A stretch of 64,000 nt of DNA. It comes from an uncultured Christensenellaceae bacterium (GTDB taxonomy: Bacteria > Bacillota > Clostridia > Christensenellales > CAG-314). Both the position numbers and the translations under genes were made by a program. Shown here piece by piece: positions 20,347 to 29,789 of the stretch. Every line of letters starts with the position of its first letter. Position 1 is the first letter of the stretch. Where the stretch lies: NCBI GenBank assembly GCA_910586625.1, contig CAJUIZ010000008.1, forward strand, positions 2,618 to 66,617, written 5' to 3'. The notes under the pieces were generated by a model. That model was given only the letters and a program-made list of their open reading frames with translations. It did not search any database and was not told where the DNA came from.

Positions 20347-20398
20347 TATATGCAAAGCGGTTTGTAATTATTGTAGACAACGCCAACGATTATTTTAT

Positions 20399-20430
20399 CA
20401 AAAAAACAAGACTGCTCGAAGCAATCTTGT
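20399..20430 (-). terminator. Terminator after the Ser/Thr/Asn/Lys-rich gene
   Basis: Minus-strand stem acaagauugc/gcagucuugu (one G-U pair) followed by uuuuuu. Confidence 0.65.
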
Positions 20431-20436
20431 TTTGCC

Positions 20437-20709
20437 TTACAGATCGTCCGCATCTTGTACGGGATCCGCATATTTTCCCCAGCCTACTGGGTTACCGGTA
20501 TAGCTGCCCGATGGGTCTGTGTCGCTTTCCTGCGAAGACGACTTGGAAGAAGTGTTCTTAGCGTTCTTTTTGGAAGAAGCGCCGCTCTTGTTGGAAGAGC
20601 ATCTGCCGCCGCAATTCTTCGTAGCGCTCGACTTCGTGTTTGTCGACTTGGTATTAGACGACTTTGTGCTGTTAGACTTAGTGTTAGAACTGTTTTTTGT
20701 AGAATTCAT
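20437..20709 (-). CDS. Low-complexity Ser/Thr/Asn/Lys-rich small protein with acidic C-terminal tail
   Basis: 90 aa: MNSTKNSSNTKSNSTKSSNTKSTNTKSS...GSYTGNPVGWGKYADPVQDADDL. Strong SD (aggagg) and its own terminator. No family recognised. Confidence 0.55.
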   Translation of the reverse strand: MNSTKNSSNTKSNSTKSSNTKSTNTKSSATKNCGGRCSSNKSGASSKKNAKNTSSKSSSQESDTDPSGSYTGNPVGWGKYADPVQDADDL

Positions 20710-20826
20710 TTTACCTACCTCCTACAAATAGTGTTGGCAACTTAACGTAAAATAAACTCGTTGTATAAAAATTTTTTGCCTAAATGCAAAAACGCGCGCA
20801 AACAATGCAGCAAAATTTATATAATG

Positions 20827-21348
20827 CTATATGGTTTCTATTTGAAAATATCGTGCAATTTTTTTATAGTCGCTATAAAGTATTCTCATAAAGTAAATCT
20901 TGTCTTTGGTAATAATTTTGAGTTCTCCGCCCGACTGTTGTTTATAAAAATATAGTATTGGCATCGCATACCACTTGCAAATACAATATTCAACAGAAAG
21001 AATGTCACTACGAGAAATCTCATAAACATTCATAATGCGATTTCCATCAGTAGATTTAATTTTCAAAACAACTTGTTCGTCTTCAATCTGTAAATATTCC
21101 AATTTGTTTTTACATATTGCAAAAAATATAAAATATAACAAAAAACCGAATATCAATAATCCAAATGAGATGTATATAATTATCAAAAAAAAAACACTAT
21201 CCCATTGTATTAACAATTGTATGTTGTTTGAATTAAAAAGAAGACTTATGAAATACAATGGCACAAAGGCGACAAAAATACCAATCGGCAAAATTGTGCA
21301 TGCAGATATTTTCTCCATTTGATTAACATAAATCTTCTTTATATTCAT
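20827..21348 (-). CDS. Orphan membrane protein in an AT-rich island
   Basis: 173 aa with about three TMs followed by a soluble beta-rich C-terminal part. The region is visibly more AT-rich than its flanks. No SD, and the start lies 16 nt after the asnS stop. Confidence 0.5.
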   Translation of the reverse strand: MNIKKIYVNQMEKISACTILPIGIFVAFVPLYFISLLFNSNNIQLLIQWDSVFFLIIIYISFGLLIFGFLLYFIFFAICKNKLEYLQIEDEQVVLKIKSTDGNRIMNVYEISRSDILSVEYCICKWYAMPILYFYKQQSGGELKIITKDKIYFMRILYSDYKKIARYFQIETI

Positions 21349-21364
21349 ACAAAATGCGAACTTT

Positions 21365-22759
21365 CTAAAATTGTGCGTTGCCTACTGTACGCGGGAAGGG
21401 CAGTACGTCGCGTATATTGGACACGCCCGTAAGATACATAACCAAACGCTCGAAACCAAGTCCAAAGCCTGCGTGCTTGGTTCCGCCGTATTTACGCAGT
21501 TCCAAATACCACCAGTAATCTTGGGGATTAAGCTTCAATTCCTTCATACGTTCCAACAAAACGTCCATACGTTCTTCCCTTTGACTGCCGCCTATAAGTT
21601 CGCCCACGCCAGGTACAAGCATATCCGTGGCGGCTACCGTCTTGCCGTCATCGTTAAGACGCATATAGAAAGACTTGATTTCCTTGGGATAATCCGTAAC
21701 GAACACTGGTCCGCCAACTATTTTCTCAGTCAGATATTTTTCGTGCTCTGTGGCTATGTCGCACCCCCAAGACACCGGAAATTCGAATTGATCGTTATGC
21801 GGAGCAAGCAGCTCTATCGCCTTGGTGTACGTCATACGTTCGAACTTGGAGTTTACCAATTTGGTAAGTCTTTCCTTCAAACCGTTATCCACAAAATTAT
21901 TAAAAAATGCAATTTCGTCGGGACATACCGTCAAAATATGGTTTATAACGTATTTTAACATATTTTCCGCAAGCGTCATATCGTCGGACAAATCGGCAAA
22001 GGCAATTTCCGGCTCTATCATCCAAAATTCCGCGGCGTGCCTAAGCGTATTTGACTTTTCCGCGCGGAAGGTCGGCCCGAAGGTATACACCTTGCCGAAC
22101 GCCATTACGTACGCTTCGGCGTTTAACTGTCCCGAAACGGTCAAGTTGGCAGACTTTCCGAAGAAATCTTTGCCGTAATCCACCTTTCCGTCGGGAGATT
22201 TGGGTACGTTATCCATATCCAACGTCGTAACGCGGAACATTTCGCCCGCGCCTTCGCAGTCGCTTGCAGTAATAAGCGGAGTATGCACGTATACAAACCC
22301 GTTATCGTTAAAAAAACTGTGCAAAGCAAACGCCGCTTCGGAGCGAACGCGCATAGTTGCGGAAATAAGATTGGTACGCGGACGCAAATGGGCGATTTCG
22401 CGAAGAAATTCCACCGAATGACGCTTCTTTTGCAGCGGATAATCGGGGGTAGATTTACCTTCTACGTAAATTTCGGTCGCCTTGATTTCCAATGGCTGCT
22501 TATTTTGCGGAGTAAGAACTACGCGCCCCGTTACAACAAGCGCGCTACCGACGTTCAGCTTCGCTATTTCATCAAAATTCGGTATTACATTTTGTTCGAA
22601 TACTATTTGCAAACTCTTAAAACAACTTCCGTCGTTCAATTCCACAAATCCGAACGCCTTGGAATCGCGAACAGTTCTCGCCCAACCGCAAACCGTAACG
22701 GTTTTATCCGCGTAACAGTCGGATTCGGCAAAAAGTTGTTTTATCATCAGTCTATCCAT
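21365..22759 (-). CDS. asnS: Asparagine--tRNA ligase
   Basis: 464 aa. N-terminal OB fold, class IIb core ([12 protein letters not shown]) and a C-terminal ...[12 protein letters not shown] motif. Confidence 0.95.
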   Translation of the reverse strand: MDRLMIKQLFAESDCYADKTVTVCGWARTVRDSKAFGFVELNDGSCFKSLQIVFEQNVIPNFDEIAKLNVGSALVVTGRVVLTPQNKQPLEIKATEIYVEGKSTPDYPLQKKRHSVEFLREIAHLRPRTNLISATMRVRSEAAFALHSFFNDNGFVYVHTPLITASDCEGAGEMFRVTTLDMDNVPKSPDGKVDYGKDFFGKSANLTVSGQLNAEAYVMAFGKVYTFGPTFRAEKSNTLRHAAEFWMIEPEIAFADLSDDMTLAENMLKYVINHILTVCPDEIAFFNNFVDNGLKERLTKLVNSKFERMTYTKAIELLAPHNDQFEFPVSWGCDIATEHEKYLTEKIVGGPVFVTDYPKEIKSFYMRLNDDGKTVAATDMLVPGVGELIGGSQREERMDVLLERMKELKLNPQDYWWYLELRKYGGTKHAGFGLGFERLVMYLTGVSNIRDVLPFPRTVGNAQF

Positions 22760-22762
22760 AAA

Positions 22763-23950
22763 TCAACCTCTCATTTTTCTCAAAAACGGCGGTATGCTCG
22801 GATCTTCTTCTACCGACACGGTACCGTTTATCTGCGGTTCGTTATTTCTGGAAGGAAAATACGCGGAAGAAGATACAGTTTCTGTCTGCGGGGCAACTCC
22901 CTGCCCTTGCAACTGTCTCTGAGTAGTTCCCGTTACATTATTGCGCTGAATATTTGTTGCGGCAACATGCGTAGCGGCTTCGCTGCTGAAAAACGCGGCT
23001 TTGTCATCTCCCTTGCCCGAAAATCCGGTGGCGATCAACGTCACCTGTACTTCGTCTTTCATATTTTCGTCGAATCCCACACCGAACAAAACATTCGCAT
23101 CGGGAGAAATAACCTGCCTTACCAAATCGACGCCCACTATGACTTCGTCCAAAGACAAATCTTCGCCGCCGCGGAAATTGACGATTAGCGATGCCGCGCC
23201 TTGAATGGTAGTTTCGAGCAACGGCGAATAAACCGCTTTTCTTATAGCGTCTATCGTCTTGTTTTTGCCTTTACCTTCGCCGACTCCCATATGCGCCATA
23301 CCGCTGTTGCGCATTACGCATTTTACGTCGGCAAGGTCAAGATTTATACGTCCATCCTGAACGACTATATCGGTAATTCCTCGTATACCTTGAAGCAATA
23401 TCTCGTCAGCCTTGGCAAACGCGTCCATAATAGAAAAGTTTTTGTCGCGGTTGAGCTTCTCGTTTTGTACGATTACCAAAGCGTCTACGTTGCCTTTCAG
23501 ATTTTCTATACCAAGCTCCGCGTTCTTCATTCGGCGAGTACCTTCGAAATTAAACGGTTTGGTTACCACGGCAATCGTCAGTATTTCCAACTCTTTGGCT
23601 ATTTGCGCGACAACAGGAGCCGCTCCCGTTCCCGTTCCGCCGCCCATACCTGCGGCTATGAACAACAAATCCACCCCCTGCAAAGCGGACTGAATCGCTT
23701 CCTTACTTTCCAACGCCGCCGCTTTACCTACTTCGGGATTGGCTCCGGCTCCCAAGCCTTTGGTCAGCTTGTCGCCTATCGGCATTTTTTTTGCGGATAA
23801 CTTGGAAAGCGCCTGCTGGTCGGTATTCAACGCCATAAATTCGACATTATGTATGCCCGCTTTCATCATAGCGTTAACGGCGTTTCCGCCGCCGCCGCCG
23901 ACGCCGACTATCATAATTTTAGCAACGCTGCCGTTCATATTGTCCATCAT
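22763..23950 (-). CDS. ftsZ: Cell division GTPase FtsZ
   Basis: GVGGGGGNAVN and AGMGGGTGTGAAPV tubulin signature motifs. C-terminal peptide is DPSIPPFLRK. Confidence 0.97.
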   Translation of the reverse strand: MMDNMNGSVAKIMIVGVGGGGGNAVNAMMKAGIHNVEFMALNTDQQALSKLSAKKMPIGDKLTKGLGAGANPEVGKAAALESKEAIQSALQGVDLLFIAAGMGGGTGTGAAPVVAQIAKELEILTIAVVTKPFNFEGTRRMKNAELGIENLKGNVDALVIVQNEKLNRDKNFSIMDAFAKADEILLQGIRGITDIVVQDGRINLDLADVKCVMRNSGMAHMGVGEGKGKNKTIDAIRKAVYSPLLETTIQGAASLIVNFRGGEDLSLDEVIVGVDLVRQVISPDANVLFGVGFDENMKDEVQVTLIATGFSGKGDDKAAFFSSEAATHVAATNIQRNNVTGTTQRQLQGQGVAPQTETVSSSAYFPSRNNEPQINGTVSVEEDPSIPPFLRKMRG

Positions 23951-25113
23951 TATTTATCTCCTTTGCCGATTTTACTCAAAAACGAGAAGAATCCGCCTTT
24001 ACTTTTTTCCTTTTGAATTGCTTCGTATATCAATCCGTAACAAGAAGTATACTCGTTACGCTTGGTTTGAGCATTCACACTGTCGTACAATTTTACCTTT
24101 TTGCCCAAGTACGTCGACAAACAGTCTGCTCCGCCGCGAATGTAGGACAATCCGCCGCCCGTTAGTACTATGGGAGTGTTTGCGGGAATATCCTTGTCGC
24201 AATAACGGAAGCTTTTTATTACGTACTCCGCTATTTGAGCTATACGCGCCTTAACAATCTCGTTGGTCTGGTAGGCGTCTATCATTCGTCCGCCCAAAGA
24301 ATACGCGTCTCCCGATTGTATTTCCAAGTTGAGATTAACCTTTTCCAACACGCTCATGGCAAAATTGAAATCGCAACCCAACACCTGACACAAGTCGCTT
24401 GCGAGATAACCGCTTCCCAAAGCGAAAGTTCTCATAAACAGCAATCCGCGTCCGCCGCACAGAGAAACGTTTGTGGTAATATGACCTATGTCTATTACGA
24501 TAGAATAACTTTCGTTAAATGTCGCGTGTCCGATATACGACGCTTGCGCCTCGCAAGTATTTATAAAGGAAATTCTGTTAATCCCTTGCTTGTTTAACGC
24601 AGACGTAACGGAATTGCGAAAGCTGTTTTTCATATATGAAAACGATACCAAACCCGTAAGTTTGCCGGCAATAAAGCCTTGCGGATCTACCATACGCAAC
24701 GCGCCGTCCAATATAAAATAGACGGGTTTGCCGCCAAGGGGAGAATAGTCAGACTCGCACTTGTAGATATCGGCTTTCTTAATAATCTCCGAAATATCTT
24801 CCGCGTCGATTTTCTTTTTGGAATGAAAAGCGGCCGACGCTTCGCCGGTAACTTCGGCGCAAAACGCCCCGGGAACGCCGACAAATACTTCCTTTATCCT
24901 GCATTTCATTTTGTTTTCCACTTGACTTATCGCCTGCGATACCGCGCCGTCGATAGTATTAGGCTCGTACCAACCGCTGTCGCTAAACCCGTTGTATGCG
25001 CTTTGACCTACGGCCCTAATTACAAATTCGCCCTTATCCGAAACTTTAGACGCGGTCATACAAGTGATTTTGCTCGAACCGAAATCCAAAATTGTTACAA
25101 AATCGTTCTTCAT
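23950..25113 (-). CDS. ftsA: Cell division protein FtsA
   Basis: Actin-like ATPase fold (ILDFGSSKI, VIDIGHITT, LTGGG) with a C-terminal amphipathic tail GGFFSFLSKIGKG. Directly upstream of ftsZ. Confidence 0.85.
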   Translation of the reverse strand: MKNDFVTILDFGSSKITCMTASKVSDKGEFVIRAVGQSAYNGFSDSGWYEPNTIDGAVSQAISQVENKMKCRIKEVFVGVPGAFCAEVTGEASAAFHSKKKIDAEDISEIIKKADIYKCESDYSPLGGKPVYFILDGALRMVDPQGFIAGKLTGLVSFSYMKNSFRNSVTSALNKQGINRISFINTCEAQASYIGHATFNESYSIVIDIGHITTNVSLCGGRGLLFMRTFALGSGYLASDLCQVLGCDFNFAMSVLEKVNLNLEIQSGDAYSLGGRMIDAYQTNEIVKARIAQIAEYVIKSFRYCDKDIPANTPIVLTGGGLSYIRGGADCLSTYLGKKVKLYDSVNAQTKRNEYTSCYGLIYEAIQKEKSKGGFFSFLSKIGKGDK

Positions 25114-25127
25114 ACGTTCCTCTTTAC

Positions 25128-25916
25128 CTATTTGTTGACGTTAGGAGTAATAACGCCGTTAAGGTCGACAGTTATCACAACTCCGTCTTGTTGTAAATTT
25201 TCTTTATCCGTGTAATAAACGCTATACGCCGCGATAATACGCTTTTCTAAATTCTGATCCGGCATTAAAACCTTGATTTTAGCTCCGGACAATGTTTTGA
25301 TAATCATACTTCCGTTTTCGTCAAACGTAAATACGTCCTGCGCGCCTAAAATCGCGGGCAAATCTTCCAATTCCAAATTACACTGCCAACTTGCTATTAT
25401 CGCTTGCAAAATGTAATTCAAACGCGCGTTATTTTTCTCGTCCGTAAACTTGAACGGTTTTCCGAGTTCGTTAACCGACGGGTCGCGATGCTCGAATGCC
25501 GAAGTAATATCTATACAATTACTCTCGGGCGACTGTTTAGTTACGTAACCGAACGAATCTACGTAAACGGTCAGACCTTCCACGTCTAACTTTACCGCAG
25601 GTACGCGTTTAACAAAATGAACTTCCAATATATTAGGAAAATTCTTCACAACGGCAAACGCGTGCCATTCGTCGTACTTCGCGTTCAGTTCGGAAAGTAA
25701 CTTATCCTTAGATAAAAACAGAATGCTTTTACCGCGAGAAAATTCCAAGACGTTATCCGCAGTAGGACTGCCGTCGGTAGGAAGAGTCTGATTTCCGTCG
25801 AATTTATGATATACAGGAGTAACTTTTTGAACGGAAAATACCGACGCCATTATGACCACTATTGCAATCACAACTGCGACAATCGCTATTAAAGTAATAA
25901 GTCTTTTGCTTTTCAT
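25128..25916 (-). CDS. ftsQ: Cell division protein FtsQ/DivIB
   Basis: N-terminal TM followed by a POTRA-like extracytoplasmic domain. Conserved position upstream of ftsA. Confidence 0.75.
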   Translation of the reverse strand: MKSKRLITLIAIVAVVIAIVVIMASVFSVQKVTPVYHKFDGNQTLPTDGSPTADNVLEFSRGKSILFLSKDKLLSELNAKYDEWHAFAVVKNFPNILEVHFVKRVPAVKLDVEGLTVYVDSFGYVTKQSPESNCIDITSAFEHRDPSVNELGKPFKFTDEKNNARLNYILQAIIASWQCNLELEDLPAILGAQDVFTFDENGSMIIKTLSGAKIKVLMPDQNLEKRIIAAYSVYYTDKENLQQDGVVITVDLNGVITPNVNK

Positions 25917-26104
25917 TTTACTCCTTAAAACTCTGCCGTCTAAACGCGATACTCGCTATGACATCAGTTATCAATCGTAAATATTATACAACCATTTAGA
26001 CGGGCAGTCAATTACTTTAATATAAAACGAATTTCGAATAATTGCGAAAATGACAATAATCTTCCAACATCTTGCGGCTTTGCTGTTTCGGTCGCAAAAA
26101 CGGC

Positions 26105-26132
26105 AAAAAAATAGCCGATAATAATATCGGCT
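26105..26132 (-). terminator. Terminator after murA
   Basis: Minus-strand stem agccgata/tatcggct followed by attttttt. Confidence 0.7.
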
Positions 26133-26158
26133 AACCGTTACTCTGTCGGCAACGTTAT

Positions 26159-27403
26159 TTATGTATTTTCCGTTATATCCGCGCCCAATTCGGCAAGACT
26201 TTCCGCCAAATTGCAATATCCTCTGTTTATATGCTCCACGCCGCGAACGACCGTCTGCCCCCGAGCGTTTAGTCCTGCGATTACCAAACCTGCGCCGCCG
26301 CGTAAATCGCGAGCTTGAACGGTTATCCCGCGAAGATTGCTGCCGTATATAATAGCTTTGTTGTCTTTTACTATTATATTCGCACCCATTTTATTGAGCT
26401 CCGCCGCATTGGATTGAAGCCTGTTTTCAAATAAATTCTCACATATAATTGTTTTTCCGCCGTTGGAAAACGCTGCGAGCGACATTGTCAAAGATTGCAT
26501 ATCCGTAGGGAAAAACGGATACGGAGCAGTGATAATGCGTCCATAATCGCTCGGCTGAGAATCGGCCGTCAAAGTTATTGCGTCGAAGTACTCCTTCACG
26601 GCGAATCGAGTTTCAAGCTTATTAATAAAAGACCGTAAATGCTCGGGTCGGCAATTTGTTACGGTTACGCGGCCTGTAGCCGCGACAGCGGCGGACAGGT
26701 AAGTGGCGACTACAATCCTATCCGGAATAACGGTAAACTCCGCCCCGTGAAGCTTGTCTGTTCCGCGAACAGTAATATCTACCCCGCCTACGCCTTCGAT
26801 ATCGGCACCCATTGCCACAAGCATTTCTTCGAGAGCAACCACTTCCGGCTCGGTAGCCGCATTACTGAGAATAGTTTCACCGCGCGCCAACACGCTTGCG
26901 CACAACAGGTTTTCCGTCGCGCCCACGCTTGCAAAACGCATATGATATCTCGCTCCGCACGGTTTTCCGCGGCAAATTACGGAACTGTCGCGACACTGAA
27001 CATCCACACCCAAAGCCTGCAATCCCGCAAGGTGAATATCTATAGGGCGCGCTCCTATTGCGCAGCCGCCCGGCAGCGGCAACTCTATCTCGTTATACTT
27101 CGCTACAACTCCGCCCAAAATTAGCGCAGAGCCCCTAAGCAACGTCGCGTATTTTTCCGGAGCCTTTACGGTATTAAGTTTTCCGCTCACTACCACCGTA
27201 TCGCCTTGCCAAGTTATGTTTTTGCCCATTGCTTTCAGCAAGTCAATCATATTGGCAACGTCCACTATGTAAGGACAATTGTGAATAACAACGTCTTCGT
27301 CGGTTAGAACGCTCGCGCCCAAAAGCGGCAAAGCGCAATTTTTTGCGCCGTACACAGCAATTTCGCCGTATAATCGATTGGCGCCGTTTATTATGTATTC
27401 CAT
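26159..27403 (-). CDS. murA: UDP-N-acetylglucosamine 1-carboxyvinyltransferase
   Basis: KNCALPLL, PGGCAIGARPIDIH (active-site Cys loop), FPTDMQ and DLRGGAGLVIAGL...INRGY motifs. Confidence 0.95.
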   Translation of the reverse strand: MEYIINGANRLYGEIAVYGAKNCALPLLGASVLTDEDVVIHNCPYIVDVANMIDLLKAMGKNITWQGDTVVVSGKLNTVKAPEKYATLLRGSALILGGVVAKYNEIELPLPGGCAIGARPIDIHLAGLQALGVDVQCRDSSVICRGKPCGARYHMRFASVGATENLLCASVLARGETILSNAATEPEVVALEEMLVAMGADIEGVGGVDITVRGTDKLHGAEFTVIPDRIVVATYLSAAVAATGRVTVTNCRPEHLRSFINKLETRFAVKEYFDAITLTADSQPSDYGRIITAPYPFFPTDMQSLTMSLAAFSNGGKTIICENLFENRLQSNAAELNKMGANIIVKDNKAIIYGSNLRGITVQARDLRGGAGLVIAGLNARGQTVVRGVEHINRGYCNLAESLAELGADITENT

Positions 27404-28518
27404 AGTCTCGCTCCCAAACTGTTGTCGCTTCCGTACGCCTTGGATGACAAATTGAGCAGTATTCCCATCGCGGACATAAACACAACCAGCGACGTCCCGC
27501 CGTAGCTTATAAATGGCAGCGGCAAACCTGTAGGCGGTATACTACCGGTAACTACGGCGAAATTAAGCAACGATTGAACCGCCACCACCGCGGAAATACC
27601 GCCTGCCAAATAACAGGAAAATTTATCCCTGCCGTTCACGGCAATTCTTACTCCGCGCAAGATTACCAAAGCGTACAATGCAAACACAATCAAGCATCCG
27701 AATAAGCCTGTTTCTTCACCAATAACAGAAAATACGAAGTCGCTTTCAGCAAACGGCAGAAAACGGTATTTCTGCCTGCTGTTAAATAGCCCGACTCCGA
27801 ACCAACCGCCGCTTCCCAATGCGTACAGAGATTGTATAAGTTGGTACCCGTCGTCCTTAGGCGAAGCCCACGGATCAAGAAACGCCAATAGTCTTTGCAA
27901 GCGGTACGGCTCGATAACTATAAGCACCGGCACAGCCAAGGCTATCGGAATAAGCATAAGCAGAAAATATTTCCATTTCATACCGCCCAAGTACAGCATA
28001 ATTATCATCAACATTGCCATACACATCGTAATCGACATATTCGGTTCCGCAATAATCAGTCCGCAAAAAACTATCCCAACGCTTATTGGCAGTAGACAAT
28101 AGCGAAGCTTGCTTGTGTCCGTTTTCGACATATATACGGCGCAAAACAGCACGTATGCGAACTTGGCTATTTCCGACGGTTGCATAGAAAATCCGCCGAT
28201 TCCAATCCAACGCTTTGCGCCGTAATTCTCTATGCTGATACCGGGTACGAATACCAAACACAGCAATACGACCGACAAAACAACACCCGCTATCCAAAGC
28301 TTTTTTATAAGCTTTATGTCGATAAAAATTATCGCCGTCATTGCAACCAATCCGATAAGCGCGCCGACAAGCTGTTTAGTCAAAAAGAAATACTTATTTC
28401 CGTAAGTTAGCTGAGCGGAATAGTTGCTGGCACTGTAAACGAATAGCAATCCCAAAACAACCAATATCAATACCGCAATTAATAATATGTAATCAACACG
28501 CTTTTTCGCCACACGCAA
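27391..28518 (-). CDS. ftsW: SEDS-family peptidoglycan glycosyltransferase FtsW/SpoVE
   Basis: 375 aa, about 10 TMs, SEDS motifs (PSEIAKF, ESDFVFSVIGEE, LPFISYGGTS). Conserved dcw position. Confidence 0.9.
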   Translation of the reverse strand: MRVAKKRVDYILLIAVLILVVLGLLFVYSASNYSAQLTYGNKYFFLTKQLVGALIGLVAMTAIIFIDIKLIKKLWIAGVVLSVVLLCLVFVPGISIENYGAKRWIGIGGFSMQPSEIAKFAYVLFCAVYMSKTDTSKLRYCLLPISVGIVFCGLIIAEPNMSITMCMAMLMIIMLYLGGMKWKYFLLMLIPIALAVPVLIVIEPYRLQRLLAFLDPWASPKDDGYQLIQSLYALGSGGWFGVGLFNSRQKYRFLPFAESDFVFSVIGEETGLFGCLIVFALYALVILRGVRIAVNGRDKFSCYLAGGISAVVAVQSLLNFAVVTGSIPPTGLPLPFISYGGTSLVVFMSAMGILLNLSSKAYGSDNSLGARLWNT

Positions 28519-29788
28519 GCTCCCTTACAGACTTTTGAAAATAGTCTCCGCGTTCGGCATACCCGCTGAAACTGTCAAAGCTCGCACACGCATTTGACAT
28601 TAGCACCGTGCCGCCTATCGGTAACATTTTGCGATAACAATACTCTACCGCATACTTGATATCGTACAATACCGTAACGTCTACACCGAATTTCTTTCCC
28701 GTTTTCGCGATTTGCTCCGCCGTATCGCCTACCGCAGATACCAAGACAGTATTGTCGGAAATACTTTCGAAAATTGCATCGAACGGTTCACCTTTGCTCG
28801 ATCCGCCCAATATCAACGCCAATGGTTCGGTATAATTTGCCAAAGCATTTACAGTGGCGTGAACGTTCGTCGCCTTGCTGTCGTCCACGAATTTTACGCC
28901 GTTTATTTCCGTTACGAACTGCAATCTATGCGGAAGAAAACAGTACGTGCCGAGAGCCTGCACAATACTTTCCGTACCCAAGCCAGCGGCGCGGCAAGCA
29001 AGTATTGCCGCCAATGCATCGGACTGATTATGCTTGGCGAATTGCATCAAAAACTCTGCGTCTACCGTGTCGATTTCATTTCCGAATTTGACAATAACTT
29101 TGCCGTTTTCAAAGTAAACGTCCGCGCGCTTATCCGCGAGAGAATAATACAGCTTTCGGCATTTGCATAGCGACGAAATTTCTTTCGTATTAGCATCGTC
29201 CCAATTAAACACGGCATACGCTTCGGGACGCTGACAGCGGAAATTGTTTATCTTCGCCGACGCATAGTTTTCAACACTGCCGTGATAATCCAAGTGATCG
29301 TTCGCAAAATTTGTAAATACGCTGACGTTCGGAGCAAAGTTCCTGCAATTGTCAAGTTGAAAGCTTGAGCTTTCCAATACTACTACGTCTTGTTCCGTAA
29401 CAGAAAGAACCTGCGACGAAAGCGGCGTACCGCCGTTACCCAACAGTTTGCAGCGTTTGCCGTCTAATTTCAGAACGTGATATATCATCTCGCAAACTGT
29501 CGTTTTTCCGTTAGTTCCCGTTACCGATATGGTCCTGCCTTTACACAATGGAAAGCAGTATTCCAATTCGCCGATTATTTTCGCTCCTGCAGCTTTCGCC
29601 GCTTTTACTCCGGGCGCAGACGGTTTTACTCCGGGACTAAGTATTACAACGCTGTCATTGGAAAATTTCCCGTTGCCGTCGAATCCGATATTATCGTCAT
29701 AAAAACAGACATTCTTGCCTTGTTGTTTAAGCAAATTGCCCAAGCTTAGCCCTGTTTTACCCCTTCCGTAAATTATTATGTCTGACAT
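28493..29788 (-). CDS. murD: UDP-N-acetylmuramoylalanine--D-glutamate ligase
   Basis: Mur ligase P-loop (VTGTNGKTT) and MurD N-terminal Rossmann motif (YGRGKTG). Start set at the ATG at 29788, with an SD and one nucleotide after the mraY stop. Confidence 0.9.
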   Translation of the reverse strand: MSDIIIYGRGKTGLSLGNLLKQQGKNVCFYDDNIGFDGNGKFSNDSVVILSPGVKPSAPGVKAAKAAGAKIIGELEYCFPLCKGRTISVTGTNGKTTVCEMIYHVLKLDGKRCKLLGNGGTPLSSQVLSVTEQDVVVLESSSFQLDNCRNFAPNVSVFTNFANDHLDYHGSVENYASAKINNFRCQRPEAYAVFNWDDANTKEISSLCKCRKLYYSLADKRADVYFENGKVIVKFGNEIDTVDAEFLMQFAKHNQSDALAAILACRAAGLGTESIVQALGTYCFLPHRLQFVTEINGVKFVDDSKATNVHATVNALANYTEPLALILGGSSKGEPFDAIFESISDNTVLVSAVGDTAEQIAKTGKKFGVDVTVLYDIKYAVEYCYRKMLPIGGTVLMSNACASFDSFSGYAERGDYFQKSVRELACGEKAC

Positions 29789-29789
29789 A

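Noticed and set aside
20455-20745. Plus-strand ORFs antisense to the Ser/Thr/Asn/Lys-rich gene, and minus-strand ORF 20062-20295.
   Set aside because: They have no start context and nonsense composition. The first two are mirror frames of a low-complexity gene. The last runs across the divergent promoter pair.
25933-26020. Long-range inverted repeat ctgccgtctaaa ... tttagacgggcag in the ftsQ upstream region, and the tracked ORF 25971-26216.
   Set aside because: The repeat is imperfect and has a loop of about 60 nt. The ORF spans the murA terminator and has no SD. I see only an ordinary extended -10 promoter (tgtataat) for ftsQ here.
27875-28297. 140-aa ORF in an alternative minus-strand frame inside ftsW, and similar internal ORFs inside murA, murD and copA.
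   Set aside because: They are embedded entirely within well-supported genes, with no start signals and an arginine-rich composition typical of off-frame translation.
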